Source of the DNA: Rickettsia typhi
GTDB lineage: Bacteria; Pseudomonadota; Alphaproteobacteria; Rickettsiales; UBA1997
Direction: 5' to 3'
Assembly: GCA_945862075.1 (NCBI GenBank)
Contig: CAMAWV010000002.1
Location: forward strand, 6,872-70,871
Length of the DNA stretch: 64,000 nucleotides
The notes beneath the pieces are model-generated. The model was not told where the DNA came from and ran no database searches. It worked only from the letters and a program-made list of their open reading frames with translations. Made by a program: the position numbers and the translations under genes. Below, one piece after another: positions 10,058 through 19,958 of this stretch (position 1 is the stretch's first letter; each line of letters starts with the position of its first letter).

Positions 10058-10087
10058 TTGAAAAAAATTTCTTTTTACAAATAAATT

Positions 10088-10495
10088 ATGAATCTTTTTA
10101 ACACTCAACAACTACAACCAAAACTTTTTACATCGCAAGCAGTTTCAATTGAATATTTACCTATACTTATTTTTTTTGCAGTTGCTTTAGGGTTATCTTT
10201 ATTAATTATCGTTTTGCCTTTTTTTATTAATAAACTTCGCCCAAATAAACATAAAAATTCTCCTTACGAATGTGGTTTTGAAGGATCAGGTGAGGTGCGC
10301 AATAAATTTAATGTTAAGTTTTATTTAGTGGCAATTTTATTTTTAATTTTCGATCTAGAAATAGCCTTTTTATTTCCGTGGGCGGTTTCTCTAAAAACAA
10401 TTGGTTATACTGGTTTTTGGTCGATGATGTTTTTTTTAAATGTGCTTACTATTGGTTTTGTTTATGAATTAAAAAGAGGCGCTCTCGAATGGTAA
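10088..10495 (+). CDS. nuoA: NADH-quinone oxidoreductase subunit A
   Basis: Three-TM protein with YECGFE and [15 protein letters not shown] motifs. Confidence 0.9.
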   Translation: MNLFNTQQLQPKLFTSQAVSIEYLPILIFFAVALGLSLLIIVLPFFINKLRPNKHKNSPYECGFEGSGEVRNKFNVKFYLVAILFLIFDLEIAFLFPWAVSLKTIGYTGFWSMMFFLNVLTIGFVYELKRGALEW

Positions 10496-11019
10496 ACTCC
10501 TACATAACCACTACATCTTCTTTGCAAGAAACTGATTTTGAAAAACTGCCTAAAGATATTGCTAATCAAGGCTTTATAACTGCTAAACTCGATGATTTAA
10601 TAAACTGGGCAAGGTCTGGTTCTCTTTGGCCTATGACTTTCGGCTTAGCTTGTTGTGCAGTTGAAATGATGCAAACCGCAGCTAGTCGATATGATATTGA
10701 CAGATTTGGTATGGTTTTTCGTCCATCACCAAGGCAATCCGATGTCATGATTGTTGCTGGCACCCTTACCAATAAAATGGCTCCTGCTTTACGCAAAGTC
10801 TACGATCAAATGTCGGAGCCTAAATATGTGGTTTCTATGGGTAGTTGTGCCAATGGCGGAGGTTATTATCATTATTCTTATTCGGTTGTTAGAGGTTGTG
10901 ATCGTATTGTGCCTGTTGATGTTTATGTGCCGGGTTGTCCGCCAACCGCTGAAGCTTTGCTTTATGGTTTATTGGTTTTGCAAAATAAAATTATCAGAAC
11001 CAAAAATTTTAAACGATAA
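10489..11019 (+). CDS. nuoB: NADH-quinone oxidoreductase subunit B
   Basis: [27 protein letters not shown] and VPGCPP (Fe-S cluster N2 ligands). Overlaps nuoA by 7 nt. Confidence 0.95.
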   Translation: MVNSYITTTSSLQETDFEKLPKDIANQGFITAKLDDLINWARSGSLWPMTFGLACCAVEMMQTAASRYDIDRFGMVFRPSPRQSDVMIVAGTLTNKMAPALRKVYDQMSEPKYVVSMGSCANGGGYYHYSYSVVRGCDRIVPVDVYVPGCPPTAEALLYGLLVLQNKIIRTKNFKR

Positions 11020-11022
11020 ATT

Positions 11023-11622
11023 ATGTTTTTAGATTTAGCCAAACAAGAGTTTTATATTAAAGAAAATTTCAAACAAACTTCTTTACAAACTTCAATTACT
11101 AACGATAATTTAATTATTATTTGCCCAGTTGAAAAAATCATTAATTTTCTTACTTTTTTAAAACAAGATACCGCTCTTTCTTTTAAAACTTTGGTTGATC
11201 TTTTCGCTTCCGATATGCTTTATTTAAAAGAAATTCGTTTTGAAGTGATTTATAATTTACTAAGTTATAAATTAAACAGCCGAATCACTGTAAAAGTTTG
11301 TCTTGAAAGCACACAAATAAAAGTTCCAACAGCAATTAATATTTTTAGTTCTGCTGGTTGGTATGAAAGAGAAGTTTTTGATATGTATGGAATTTATTTT
11401 GAAAATCACCCAGATTTACGTCGAATTCTCACCGATTATAATTTTGTTGGGCATCCTTTACAAAAAGATTTTCCTCTCACTGGTTACCAAGAAGTTAGAT
11501 ATGATGAAGAGTTACAACAAGTGGTTTATGAGCCAGTAAAACTTACCCAAGAATTTCGTAATTTTGATTTCGATATGCCTTGGTATGGTCCAAAAAATAA
11601 TAATAAAAATTCTGATCAATGA
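11023..11622 (+). CDS. nuoC: NADH-quinone oxidoreductase subunit C
   Basis: AGWYEREVFDMYGIYFENHPDLRRILTDY and GHPLQKDFPLTGY are present. Confidence 0.9.
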   Translation: MFLDLAKQEFYIKENFKQTSLQTSITNDNLIIICPVEKIINFLTFLKQDTALSFKTLVDLFASDMLYLKEIRFEVIYNLLSYKLNSRITVKVCLESTQIKVPTAINIFSSAGWYEREVFDMYGIYFENHPDLRRILTDYNFVGHPLQKDFPLTGYQEVRYDEELQQVVYEPVKLTQEFRNFDFDMPWYGPKNNNKNSDQ

Positions 11623-11999
11623 AGAAAATTTGGCAATCTTTTTATAAAGCATCATTAGGGCAAGAAACTACTAAAGTAGTAGAGGTTTTTTGGTTTTTAT
11701 CTTTGTGTTTTGTATTTTATATTACTCATAAAATAAATTATTATTTTCAAACTAGTTATTTTTTCACAACTTTATTGATTGTTATTTTAATTATTTGGCA
11801 TATTTATGTGGTTTATAAATGCAAAACTATTGAATCTTCCAATTTAACAAAAGAAGAACAACAACTTTCTAAAATTAAAAAACCAAGTTCTGTGTTAAAA
11901 AAAATATTATTGCGAGAGCCAATTTCTAAGCCAAGCTGGAGGCAAATAGTGGTAGTAATTGATATTTTATTACTTTTATCGGCACTTTCTTGGTTATAA
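11619..11999 (+). CDS. Small hypothetical membrane protein, translationally coupled to nuoC
   Basis: ATGA start/stop overlap with nuoC. It has two to three hydrophobic segments and occupies the position where nuoD normally follows. No recognisable family. Confidence 0.5.
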   Translation: MKKIWQSFYKASLGQETTKVVEVFWFLSLCFVFYITHKINYYFQTSYFFTTLLIVILIIWHIYVVYKCKTIESSNLTKEEQQLSKIKKPSSVLKKILLREPISKPSWRQIVVVIDILLLLSALSWL

Positions 12000-12016
12000 A
12001 CCTAATCTAAAAATCT

Positions 12017-13354
12017 ATGCCACAATTTAAATTGCCCTATCAAAACAAAAATACTGATTTTTCTATTTTATATCAAAATGCCAGAATTATTGATCCGGCA
12101 ACTGGTTATGATTGTCTTGGTAATTTACTTACTATTGGCAATAAAATTATCGATTTTGGTCCTAATTTACAAGCTTCGGCAAATTTAGTTATTGATTGCA
12201 AGCAGCATATTTTAGCTCCTGGTCTTATTGATTTGCAGGTACATTTTCGCGATCCAGGACAACACCATAAAGAAACTCTACAAACTGGCTCTGCCTCTGC
12301 GGTGGCAGGTGGTATTACCACTGTGGTGTGTCAACCTAATACCGTTCCTTGTCTTGATTCGGTTTTTACCCTAGAATATCTAAAATTAAAAGCCAAAGAA
12401 TCTGCTTATTGTAATGTTTTGGCTTATGCTTGTATTACTAAAAATATGCAAGGTCAAGAACTTACCGAAATGAATCTATTAAAACAAGCTGGTGCAGTTG
12501 GTTTTACCGACGATGGCTTGCCTGTAATGAATGCTAATATCATGAGAAGAGCTTTTGAAATGAGTCGAGATCTCGATGTTGTGGTTGCTCAACATGCCGA
12601 AGATTTAAACTTATCTAATAAAGGTTGTATTAACGAAGGTATAGTTGCTCACCAGCTCGGTATAAGAGGAATTCCAAATATTTCAGAATCGGTAATTGTA
12701 GAAAGAGATTTGGCGATTTTAGAGGCAATTAAAGGTAAATATCATTTACTGCATGTTTCAACAAAAGAAGCTTTACAAGCCATTGTTAGAGCAAAAGATA
12801 AAGGTTTATCGGTAACTGTTGAGGTGGCTCCGCATCATTTTACCTTAACTGATGAGCAGGTTTTAATTTCTGGCACTAATGCTAAAATGAACCCACCACT
12901 TCGCTCACAGTCAGATAAAGAGGCTTTGCTTGATGCTTTAAAATTAGGGTTAATTGATGCAATTGCCACCGATCATGCTCCTCACGATTTAGCATCTAAA
13001 GAAAAATCTTTGCAAGAAGCATCTTTTGGTATTGTTGGAGTAGAAACTTTATTATGTTTGTCGCTTGCTTTGTATCATCAAAAACTATTAACTTTACCGC
13101 AAGTATTGGCGAAACTCACTTGTAATCCAGCTAAAATCATTAATTTAAAAAAAGGTATTATTGCCAAAAATGCTATTGCCGATTTGGTGTTGATAGATCT
13201 CAATTTCGCTTGGCAAATTGAGATTGATAAATTTTATAGTAAATCAAAAAATTCGCCCTTTGATGGTTTTCAAACTAAAGGCAAAGCACTACTTACGGTT
13301 GTTGATGGAATTATTGTATTTGACGATTTTACTAAAAATAGCAATAATTGTTAA
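12017..13354 (+). CDS. pyrC: Dihydroorotase
   Basis: PGLIDLQVHFRDPG (metal-binding HxH region), HAED, LHVSTKE and ATDHAPH are present. Confidence 0.85.
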   Translation: MPQFKLPYQNKNTDFSILYQNARIIDPATGYDCLGNLLTIGNKIIDFGPNLQASANLVIDCKQHILAPGLIDLQVHFRDPGQHHKETLQTGSASAVAGGITTVVCQPNTVPCLDSVFTLEYLKLKAKESAYCNVLAYACITKNMQGQELTEMNLLKQAGAVGFTDDGLPVMNANIMRRAFEMSRDLDVVVAQHAEDLNLSNKGCINEGIVAHQLGIRGIPNISESVIVERDLAILEAIKGKYHLLHVSTKEALQAIVRAKDKGLSVTVEVAPHHFTLTDEQVLISGTNAKMNPPLRSQSDKEALLDALKLGLIDAIATDHAPHDLASKEKSLQEASFGIVGVETLLCLSLALYHQKLLTLPQVLAKLTCNPAKIINLKKGIIAKNAIADLVLIDLNFAWQIEIDKFYSKSKNSPFDGFQTKGKALLTVVDGIIVFDDFTKNSNNC

Positions 13355-13357
13355 TTT

Positions 13358-14278
13358 ATGATTATTATTGAAAATCTGCATAAAAATTATCAAAAATCTG
13401 CTAAATCATTGTCAAAAATAGCTCTTGATGGCATTAATTTAAACATAAAAAAAGGTTCATTTTTTGGTTTATTAGGGCCAAACGGAGCTGGTAAATCAAC
13501 CATCATTAATATTTTAGCGGGTTTAGTAAATAAAACCAGTGGCAAAGTTATTATAGCTGGTTTTGATATCGATACTCACTCTTGTCAAAGTAAATATAAA
13601 ATTGGCATTGTTCCACAAGAATTAATCATCGATCCGTTTTTTAATGTTTATGAAACTCTCGAAATTTATGCTGGTTATTTTGGAGTGCCAAAATCTCAAC
13701 GCAAAACCGCTCAAATCATTGAGGCTTTAGGGTTGGCTGATAAAGCAAAATCAAAACCTAGAGCTTTATCTGGTGGCATGAGAAGAAGGCTTTTGGTGGC
13801 AAAAGCTTTGGTTCATAACCCTGAAATTTTAGTGCTTGATGAACCTACCGCAGGAGTTGATGTTGAGTTACGAAACCAGCTTTGGGCTTATGTGCAAAAT
13901 CTCAATAAACAAGGAACCACAATATTGCTTACCACTCATTATTTAACCGAAGCAGAACAACTTTGCAACGAAATTGCTGTTATTAATAAAGGTAAAGTTG
14001 TGGCTTGTGATAGCAAACAAAATTTGTTAAATAGTTTATCTGAAAAACAATTAATTATTCATACCAAACAAGTATTACCTGCTAATTTTTTGTTACCAAA
14101 TCTTGATTTTAAATTAGACAAAGCAAACGAAATTATTATTAATTATAATCCAAATCATATTGCAATTACCGATATTTTATGGCAAGTTACAGCACAAAAA
14201 CTCGATATTCTCGATATTTTTACCAAGCAACCAGATTTAGAACAGGTTTTTCAACATATTGTGCAAAAAAATGAATAA
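13358..14278 (+). CDS. ABC transporter ATP-binding protein (ABC-2 subfamily-like)
   Basis: Walker A GPNGAGKST, signature LSGGMRRRL and Walker B LVLDEPTAGVD. No permease gene lies adjacent. Confidence 0.85.
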   Translation: MIIIENLHKNYQKSAKSLSKIALDGINLNIKKGSFFGLLGPNGAGKSTIINILAGLVNKTSGKVIIAGFDIDTHSCQSKYKIGIVPQELIIDPFFNVYETLEIYAGYFGVPKSQRKTAQIIEALGLADKAKSKPRALSGGMRRRLLVAKALVHNPEILVLDEPTAGVDVELRNQLWAYVQNLNKQGTTILLTTHYLTEAEQLCNEIAVINKGKVVACDSKQNLLNSLSEKQLIIHTKQVLPANFLLPNLDFKLDKANEIIINYNPNHIAITDILWQVTAQKLDILDIFTKQPDLEQVFQHIVQKNE

Positions 14279-15179
14279 TCTACTTTCTATTTTGCCGTTA
14301 CAACCGCAACAAATATTGCAAATACTTGATGTAGCTAAATTTTATTATAATAACCCTAAGCAATATTTTGATATTTTAAAAGGCAAATTGTTAGTGAATT
14401 TTTTTTTTGAAAACTCTACCAGAACCAGAATGTCTTTTGAATTATCGGCAAAAAAAATGGGAGCCGAAGTTATTAATCTTGATATTTCGCTTTCGTCTTT
14501 AAAAAAAGGTGAAACAATTATTGATACTGCTAAAACAATTTCGGCGATGGAGCCAGATTTTGTGGCAATTCGGCATAATTCTAGTGGAATTTTACAGATT
14601 CTGCAAAAACATATTTCAGCTAGCCTAATTAATGCAGGTGATGGCACTAACGAGCATCCTTCGCAAGCTTTACTTGATGCTTTTACCATTTTAGAGCATA
14701 AAAAAACCCTGAAAGGTTTAAAAGTGGCAATTTGTGGCGATGTTTTGCATTCAAGAGTTGCTCGATCTAATATTTTTTTACTAAGAAAATTTGGCTGTGA
14801 AATCAATATTAACACTCCGCCAACTCTTTTACCTTTTGGTTATGAACAATGGCTCAAAAATTATAATGTCAAAATATGTACAAAATTATCAACAGCAATT
14901 ACTGATGCCGATGTTATCATGATGCTTCGCCTACAGCAAGAAAGAATGGAAAGTTGCTATATAGCTTCTTTTGATGAATATTTTCATCTTTATGGTCTTG
15001 ATAATCATAAAATTAAATTAGCACCTAAAGCAATTATTTTACATCCAGGACCAATCAATCGTCAAGTTGAAATAGATGCTAATCTTGCTTACGATACTCA
15101 AAAATCTTGTATTTTAAACCAAGTAAAAGCAGGAGTGGCGGTTCGCATGGCAATTCTACAATGTTTATCACATATTTAA
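14271..15179 (+). CDS. pyrB: Aspartate carbamoyltransferase catalytic subunit
   Basis: FFENSTRTRMSFELSAKKMG, HPSQALLD and HPGPINR are present. The track starts at TTG 14259; I prefer ATG 14271 (MNNLLS...), which overlaps the ABC gene stop by 8 nt. Confidence 0.9.
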   Translation: MNNLLSILPLQPQQILQILDVAKFYYNNPKQYFDILKGKLLVNFFFENSTRTRMSFELSAKKMGAEVINLDISLSSLKKGETIIDTAKTISAMEPDFVAIRHNSSGILQILQKHISASLINAGDGTNEHPSQALLDAFTILEHKKTLKGLKVAICGDVLHSRVARSNIFLLRKFGCEININTPPTLLPFGYEQWLKNYNVKICTKLSTAITDADVIMMLRLQQERMESCYIASFDEYFHLYGLDNHKIKLAPKAIILHPGPINRQVEIDANLAYDTQKSCILNQVKAGVAVRMAILQCLSHI

Positions 15180-15207
15180 TACATTTTGTTGTACTTTTAT
15201 ATTCTAA

Positions 15208-16593
15208 TTACGGCAAAAATAATACTGCTGAAGTTTGGTAGGTTTCTTGGTTATCGGTTAAGATAAAATCTATCACTAAACTCTCGGTGTTGGTAATTTT
15301 ATTTTTGGTGGTGAGAAAAATTTTAAATTCGCTTAATGCTTGTGGCTTTAATTCAATAAAATTATGTTCTTGATTCAAAATTTTTAAATCTAGCACATTG
15401 CTGTGGCTTGTAGTAAGTGTAAGTTTTTTTGTATGATAGCTTTTGTTAGTAATATTTAATTGATAAGTATTGCGAATAGATCCATCGCTTAACAACACAT
15501 AAAGGGGGTTTCTTCCTTGCAAAACTGAAACTGAAATTGGTTTTTTGGTGATCAAGCCAAACATAATCGCTGTGCAAATAATGCTAATAATAATCAGATA
15601 ATATAAAGTTCGAGGTCGAAAAAATTTGGCTTTTTGCACACTAAAAAAATCTGGGTTAGTATTTAGATTTTGTAAAGTATCGTAGCGAATTAAACCTGTA
15701 GGTAAAGCAAGTTTTTTCATAATATTGTCGCAAGCATCTATACATAAACCACAAGCAATGCATTGCATTTGCAAGCCATCACGAATATCAATGCCAACAG
15801 GGCAAACCACTACACATTGTTTACAATCAATACAATGCCCTCTTTGATTAAAATCATCGCCCTGATGATGTTTTTGTCTGGGCTCGCCCCTTTTATGTTG
15901 GTAAGAAACAATTAAGGTGTTATTGTCAAACATTGCCGATTGAAATCGAGCATATGGGCACATATAAGTACAAACATGCTCTCTAGCAAAGCCTGCCATC
16001 AGGTAGGTAGCAAAGCCAATGCCAACAATCCAGCCCAAAACAGCAGGCGAAAGTTGTAGGGTAATAATTTGTTGATAAAGCACAAACACATCGTTAAAAT
16101 AACTCACAAAAACCACACCAGTAAACAACGAAAGAACTATCCAGCAAAAATGAGTGCAGATTTTTTTTTGGTAATACTTGAAGTTTTTATGACGATCAAG
16201 TAAAATTCGGCTGTTTCTATCGCCTTGCCAAAATTTTTCGATTGCAATAAATAGATCGGTCCAAACTGTTTGAAAGCAAGCATATCCGCACCAAACTCTG
16301 CCAAATAAAGAGGTGATAAAAAATAGCACTAAGGCAGCTAAAACTAAAATTCCTGCTAAATAATAAATTTCTTGCGGCCAAATTTCGATAAAGAAAAAAT
16401 AGATTACATCGGTGTTAAAATCAATTAAGATTGCTTGATTAGGAGCCGAATTTTGCCTATTAAAACGTAGGTAAGGTAAAAAAATGTAGATACTTAAGAA
16501 GAAAAAATTTAACCAATTTTTTAAAGAACGAATTTTACCTTTTGCTTGTTGTGGATATAATTTTTTTTTGGCTACAAAATATTCAGAAAACAT
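15208..16593 (-). CDS. ccoG: Cytochrome c oxidase accessory protein CcoG/FixG (polyferredoxin)
   Basis: Multiple N-terminal TM helices, two 4Fe-4S motifs (CIDCKQCVVVCPVGIDIRDG, CIACGLCIDACD) and a C-terminal Ig-like tail, as in FixG. Confidence 0.85.
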   Translation of the reverse strand: MFSEYFVAKKKLYPQQAKGKIRSLKNWLNFFFLSIYIFLPYLRFNRQNSAPNQAILIDFNTDVIYFFFIEIWPQEIYYLAGILVLAALVLFFITSLFGRVWCGYACFQTVWTDLFIAIEKFWQGDRNSRILLDRHKNFKYYQKKICTHFCWIVLSLFTGVVFVSYFNDVFVLYQQIITLQLSPAVLGWIVGIGFATYLMAGFAREHVCTYMCPYARFQSAMFDNNTLIVSYQHKRGEPRQKHHQGDDFNQRGHCIDCKQCVVVCPVGIDIRDGLQMQCIACGLCIDACDNIMKKLALPTGLIRYDTLQNLNTNPDFFSVQKAKFFRPRTLYYLIIISIICTAIMFGLITKKPISVSVLQGRNPLYVLLSDGSIRNTYQLNITNKSYHTKKLTLTTSHSNVLDLKILNQEHNFIELKPQALSEFKIFLTTKNKITNTESLVIDFILTDNQETYQTSAVLFLP

Positions 16594-16734
16594 AGTTGGT
16601 TGTAAATAAGTAAAAATAAGTGGTTTTAACCATCGCTTCCCACAGGCCTAAAAACAAGGGGTTTTAACCACTTGTAATCACTAGTGCGAGAGGCTGAAGC
16701 TCTTTGTTAAATACAGATAATGAAATTCGCCATT

Positions 16735-17598
16735 TTATAAAACTGTTGCAATCTGAACCGCAACGGTTTTAATGGTGCGATTATCAACGGCAATTACCTT
16801 AAAATTAATGCCAAATTTTTCGATTTCTTCATTGATTTCTGGGAGTCTTTTGAATGCTGAAATAACCAAGCCAGCCACAGTATCGATGTTCTCTTCTTCT
16901 ATAGAAAAACCTACTATTTCCGATAGTTTTGCTAATGCCACTCTCCCTCCGAGATGAAAAATATTGTTTTCGAGTTCTTTGATTTGAAAAAAAGCACTTT
17001 CTAGCGGTAAATCGTGTTCATCTTCTATTTGTCCAACAATTTCTTCCACAATATTTTCGATAGTAACCAAGCCATCAACACCGCCAAATTCATCAAGCAC
17101 AATACCAATATGCACTCTTGACATGCGCATTAGCATTAATACATCAATAAGCTTCATAGAACATGGAAAAAATAAGATTTTTCTGATAATTTTGCTAATT
17201 TGAAAGATTTCTTGATTTTGTTTTGATAAAAATTTTGCCAAATCTTTGCTATGAATGAAACCTGTAATATTGTCGAAAGTTTCGGCATAAATCGGAATTC
17301 TGGTGTGTTGATCTTCGTTGATGATGGTTTTAATTTCTTCGAGGCTAGCAGTTTGTTTGATAGCTATAATATCGGAACGGTTGGTCATGATGGTGTTGAT
17401 TTTTTTATCGGCAAAGCCCACTATATTGCGAAATAATTTTTTCTCTTCACTTGAAATTAATCCTTCGGAAGCAAAAGTTTCGGTGATATGATTAATCACA
17501 GTGGCAAAAGATTTTTTAGTTTTTTTGCCAAAAATATTTTTTAAAAGTTGGTAAATTTTACTAAAAGTTGGGAGTATCTTTTTAGAAAAAATAGTCAT
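16735..17598 (-). CDS. tlyC: CBS-pair plus CorC/HlyC domain protein (hemolysin C / CorC family)
   Basis: CBS-domain region (IMTNRSDIIAI...RIPIY) and C-terminal transporter-associated domain. It overlaps ybeY by 4 nt, the conserved ybeY-corC arrangement. Confidence 0.8.
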   Translation of the reverse strand: MTIFSKKILPTFSKIYQLLKNIFGKKTKKSFATVINHITETFASEGLISSEEKKLFRNIVGFADKKINTIMTNRSDIIAIKQTASLEEIKTIINEDQHTRIPIYAETFDNITGFIHSKDLAKFLSKQNQEIFQISKIIRKILFFPCSMKLIDVLMLMRMSRVHIGIVLDEFGGVDGLVTIENIVEEIVGQIEDEHDLPLESAFFQIKELENNIFHLGGRVALAKLSEIVGFSIEEENIDTVAGLVISAFKRLPEINEEIEKFGINFKVIAVDNRTIKTVAVQIATVL

Positions 17599-18110
17599 AA
17601 GTAAGGGTTGGTAATGTTAAGAGTGTGTAAGATGGAAATTTCTTGTTCTTCCATAATTTTTGCCATTTCTGGTTGCTGATGATCGTTGCCTAATAAATGT
17701 AAAATGCCATGCACAAGCAAATGAGTGAGATGATTTTGAAAGGTTTTATTTTGTTGATGAGCTTCTTTTTGAATGGTTTGATAAGCAAATAAAAGATCAC
17801 CTAAAGCAACAAAACTGCTCTTGGCAAGCACTTGATTGATATTGGTGGTTTGTAGTTCAATTTCGTTTAGATTGGCAAAAGATAAAACATTAGTAGGTTT
17901 GTTTTGTTGTCTAAATTGCTGGTTGATTTTTTTGATTTGTAAATCGGCAAGTAAAATAATGTTTAATTGCAAGATATTAGATTTTTTTTGCAAAAAATTT
18001 GCTAAACTAGTGTATGGTAAAATGTTTTTAGTGGTTTTTAATAAAAAAGTACAGATGTTTTTTTGTTGTTGCCATCTAGTGCTTTTTTGTAATATATCGA
18101 CAATAATCAT
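17595..18110 (-). CDS. ybeY: rRNA maturation endoribonuclease YbeY
   Basis: Zinc-binding HLLVHGILHLLGNDH motif. Confidence 0.85.
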   Translation of the reverse strand: MIIVDILQKSTRWQQQKNICTFLLKTTKNILPYTSLANFLQKKSNILQLNIILLADLQIKKINQQFRQQNKPTNVLSFANLNEIELQTTNINQVLAKSSFVALGDLLFAYQTIQKEAHQQNKTFQNHLTHLLVHGILHLLGNDHQQPEMAKIMEEQEISILHTLNITNPYL

Positions 18111-18119
18111 AAAAAAGTT

Positions 18120-19160
18120 TTAAGCCGAATTGTTTGGGCATAGTTTGAAATTTTTTGGGCAGTTGCGTACACAAGAAGTACCGCAGAAAAATTTATTTTG
18201 ATGTTTTTGAGTGTTTAAAACCATTTGAGTGAGGCTATTGATAAAATCGGTATGCAGGTTTAGTGAAGCAACTCGATGATATTGCGAAATACCAAGTTCA
18301 TGGGCTAGTTCTTTATATTCGATGTCGAGTTCAACTAAAGTTTCGGAGTGATCAGAAACAAAAGCAATTGGAGTGATAATGGCAATTTTGTTGTCAATGG
18401 CGGTTTTTCTAAGGCAATCGTCTAGGCTAGGTGTGGTCCATTTTAATGGACCAACTTTTGATTGATAGCAAATTTGATAATCGAGATTTGAATAACCTAA
18501 ATTTTTTAGGTTATTCATAACTTCGGCAACTGTTTGCTCTATCTGATACACATAAGGATCGCCAGCGTTGATAATTTTTTGAGGTAAGCCGTGAGCGGAG
18601 AATAAAATTCTAGCTTTTGCTAATTCTGGTTGGGTAAGTTTTTGTAAAATTGCTAAAATCAAATAGCTATGAGCTTTGATAAAACTGGTTTCGGTAGGGT
18701 AACAACAAATAATTTTAACATCGTTGTTTTTAAAATTTGCTAAAAAATCGTTGATAGAAGATGCTGAAGTAGTGCTTGAAAATTGCGGATAAAGTGGCAA
18801 TAAAATTACATTATCAGGTTTGTAAGCTTTAATTTTTTCAACTACTTCGTAAGAACTTGGCTTGGTGTATCGCATATTTACGAAAACTTGGTAATCGCCA
18901 TAAAAAGAAAGTTCTTTTTCTAAGCTTTCGGCTTGAGCAGAGGTAATGGCAAGAATTGGAGATTTATTGTTGATTTGCTTGTAAATGTTTTGAGCTTTAG
19001 GGGTTCTTTTATGAGAAATTAATTTTGCCAATAAAAACCGCAAAGGTTGCGGTAAAGAAATAATTGCTTTATCGTTAAATAAATTAAATAAAAATGGCTT
19101 AACTTCTTCTAAATTGCTAGGTCCTCCTAGATTAAATAGAATAACTGCGGTTTTTTGCAT
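18120..19160 (-). CDS. hemH: Ferrochelatase
   Basis: AVILFNLGGP, LPLYPQFSSTT, LFSAHGLP and SDHSETL are present. Confidence 0.9.
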   Translation of the reverse strand: MQKTAVILFNLGGPSNLEEVKPFLFNLFNDKAIISLPQPLRFLLAKLISHKRTPKAQNIYKQINNKSPILAITSAQAESLEKELSFYGDYQVFVNMRYTKPSSYEVVEKIKAYKPDNVILLPLYPQFSSTTSASSINDFLANFKNNDVKIICCYPTETSFIKAHSYLILAILQKLTQPELAKARILFSAHGLPQKIINAGDPYVYQIEQTVAEVMNNLKNLGYSNLDYQICYQSKVGPLKWTTPSLDDCLRKTAIDNKIAIITPIAFVSDHSETLVELDIEYKELAHELGISQYHRVASLNLHTDFINSLTQMVLNTQKHQNKFFCGTSCVRNCPKNFKLCPNNSA

Positions 19161-19163
19161 AAA

Positions 19164-19871
19164 TTAAAAAGAAAAAAGTAATTGACAGGAAATTTGATTG
19201 CTTACTAAATATTTGCTGTTTTGTAAGCAACTTTCTTGCCCAGAATTATCGTTTAAGGTTTGCCCAGTTTTGGCTAATATTTTACCAGAATTTGGTAAAC
19301 CATCATCAAATTTTTTATCGAGATCATGGGCTTTTGCAGCAGAAAGAACTGGCTTGGTATAAAGCTGGGTGGCATCAGCTTCGCTAAAACCAAGATGTAA
19401 AAAATTAGTTTTCTGATGATTAATTAATTTACCAAAAGCAATAATGCCAGCTTGATTGTTTTCTGATATACCTAAGGCTTTTGGCATGCTAAAACCAATT
19501 CGAGCTGATTCGTTGCTAAAACCATCGTATGTTTCAGAAAACATTTTAAAATTACCAAGATGAAGCCAAAAATTGGCTATTTCACCATCAAATAAAGTAT
19601 TTCCAATTATTGAGTCGGTAATAATTCCGTCGGCATTGCCATTGGTAGGATAGTTGCTTAATTTTAACTCAAAAGCATTAGAAATATCGCCTGGTAAAGC
19701 CTGATATTTTGTGTAGAAAGAATCTATTTGTTGTTGAATTTTAGTAATTTGGATGTGTAATTGTTTTTCGCTAGAAGATTTGGAAATATTTTTAATAACA
19801 AAGCCTAAAGCAATACCAACCACAAGCAAAAAAATAAAGATCATTTTAACAATAATGAAATCTATTTTCAT
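19164..19871 (-). CDS. Hypothetical N-terminally anchored exported protein (235 aa) with a C-terminal Cys-Cys loop
   Basis: The track ORF (to 20015) reads through tRNA-Lys, so I trimmed it to ATG 19871 (MKIDFIIVKMIFIFLLVVGIALGF...). It starts 11 nt after the tRNA 3' end and ends 3 nt before hemH. Two Cys residues 14 positions apart lie at the C-terminus (CLQNSKYLVSNQISC). Confidence 0.55.
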   Translation of the reverse strand: MKIDFIIVKMIFIFLLVVGIALGFVIKNISKSSSEKQLHIQITKIQQQIDSFYTKYQALPGDISNAFELKLSNYPTNGNADGIITDSIIGNTLFDGEIANFWLHLGNFKMFSETYDGFSNESARIGFSMPKALGISENNQAGIIAFGKLINHQKTNFLHLGFSEADATQLYTKPVLSAAKAHDLDKKFDDGLPNSGKILAKTGQTLNDNSGQESCLQNSKYLVSNQISCQLLFSF

Positions 19872-19882
19872 AAAAAAAATGG

Positions 19883-19958
19883 TGGTGAGCACGGTTGGAA
19901 TCGAACCAACGACAACCTCATTAAAAGTGAGGTGCTCTACCGACTGAGCTACGTGCTC
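19883..19958 (-). tRNA. tRNA-Lys (anticodon UUU)
   Basis: Reverse complement GAGCACGTAGCTCAGTCGGTAGAGCACCTCACTTTTAATGAGGTTGTCGTTGGTTCGATTCCAACCGTGCTCACCA folds as a perfect 76-nt cloverleaf. Anticodon loop is CTTTTAA and CCA is encoded. Confidence 0.92.

Noticed and set aside
16594-16734. Relatively GC-rich 141-bp spacer between tlyC and ccoG, containing a direct repeat GGTTTTAACCA (x2) and, on the minus strand, AAGTGGTT...AACCACTT followed by ATTTTT. I considered a small RNA (SRP RNA, tmRNA piece, 6S) or a riboswitch.
   Set aside because: I could not match any conserved RNA-family motif, such as the SRP GGAA/AGCA domain IV or a tmRNA tag. The most economical reading is a terminator-like structure after tlyC plus the ccoG 5' UTR. 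It would need a covariance-model search (Rfam/Infernal) to settle.
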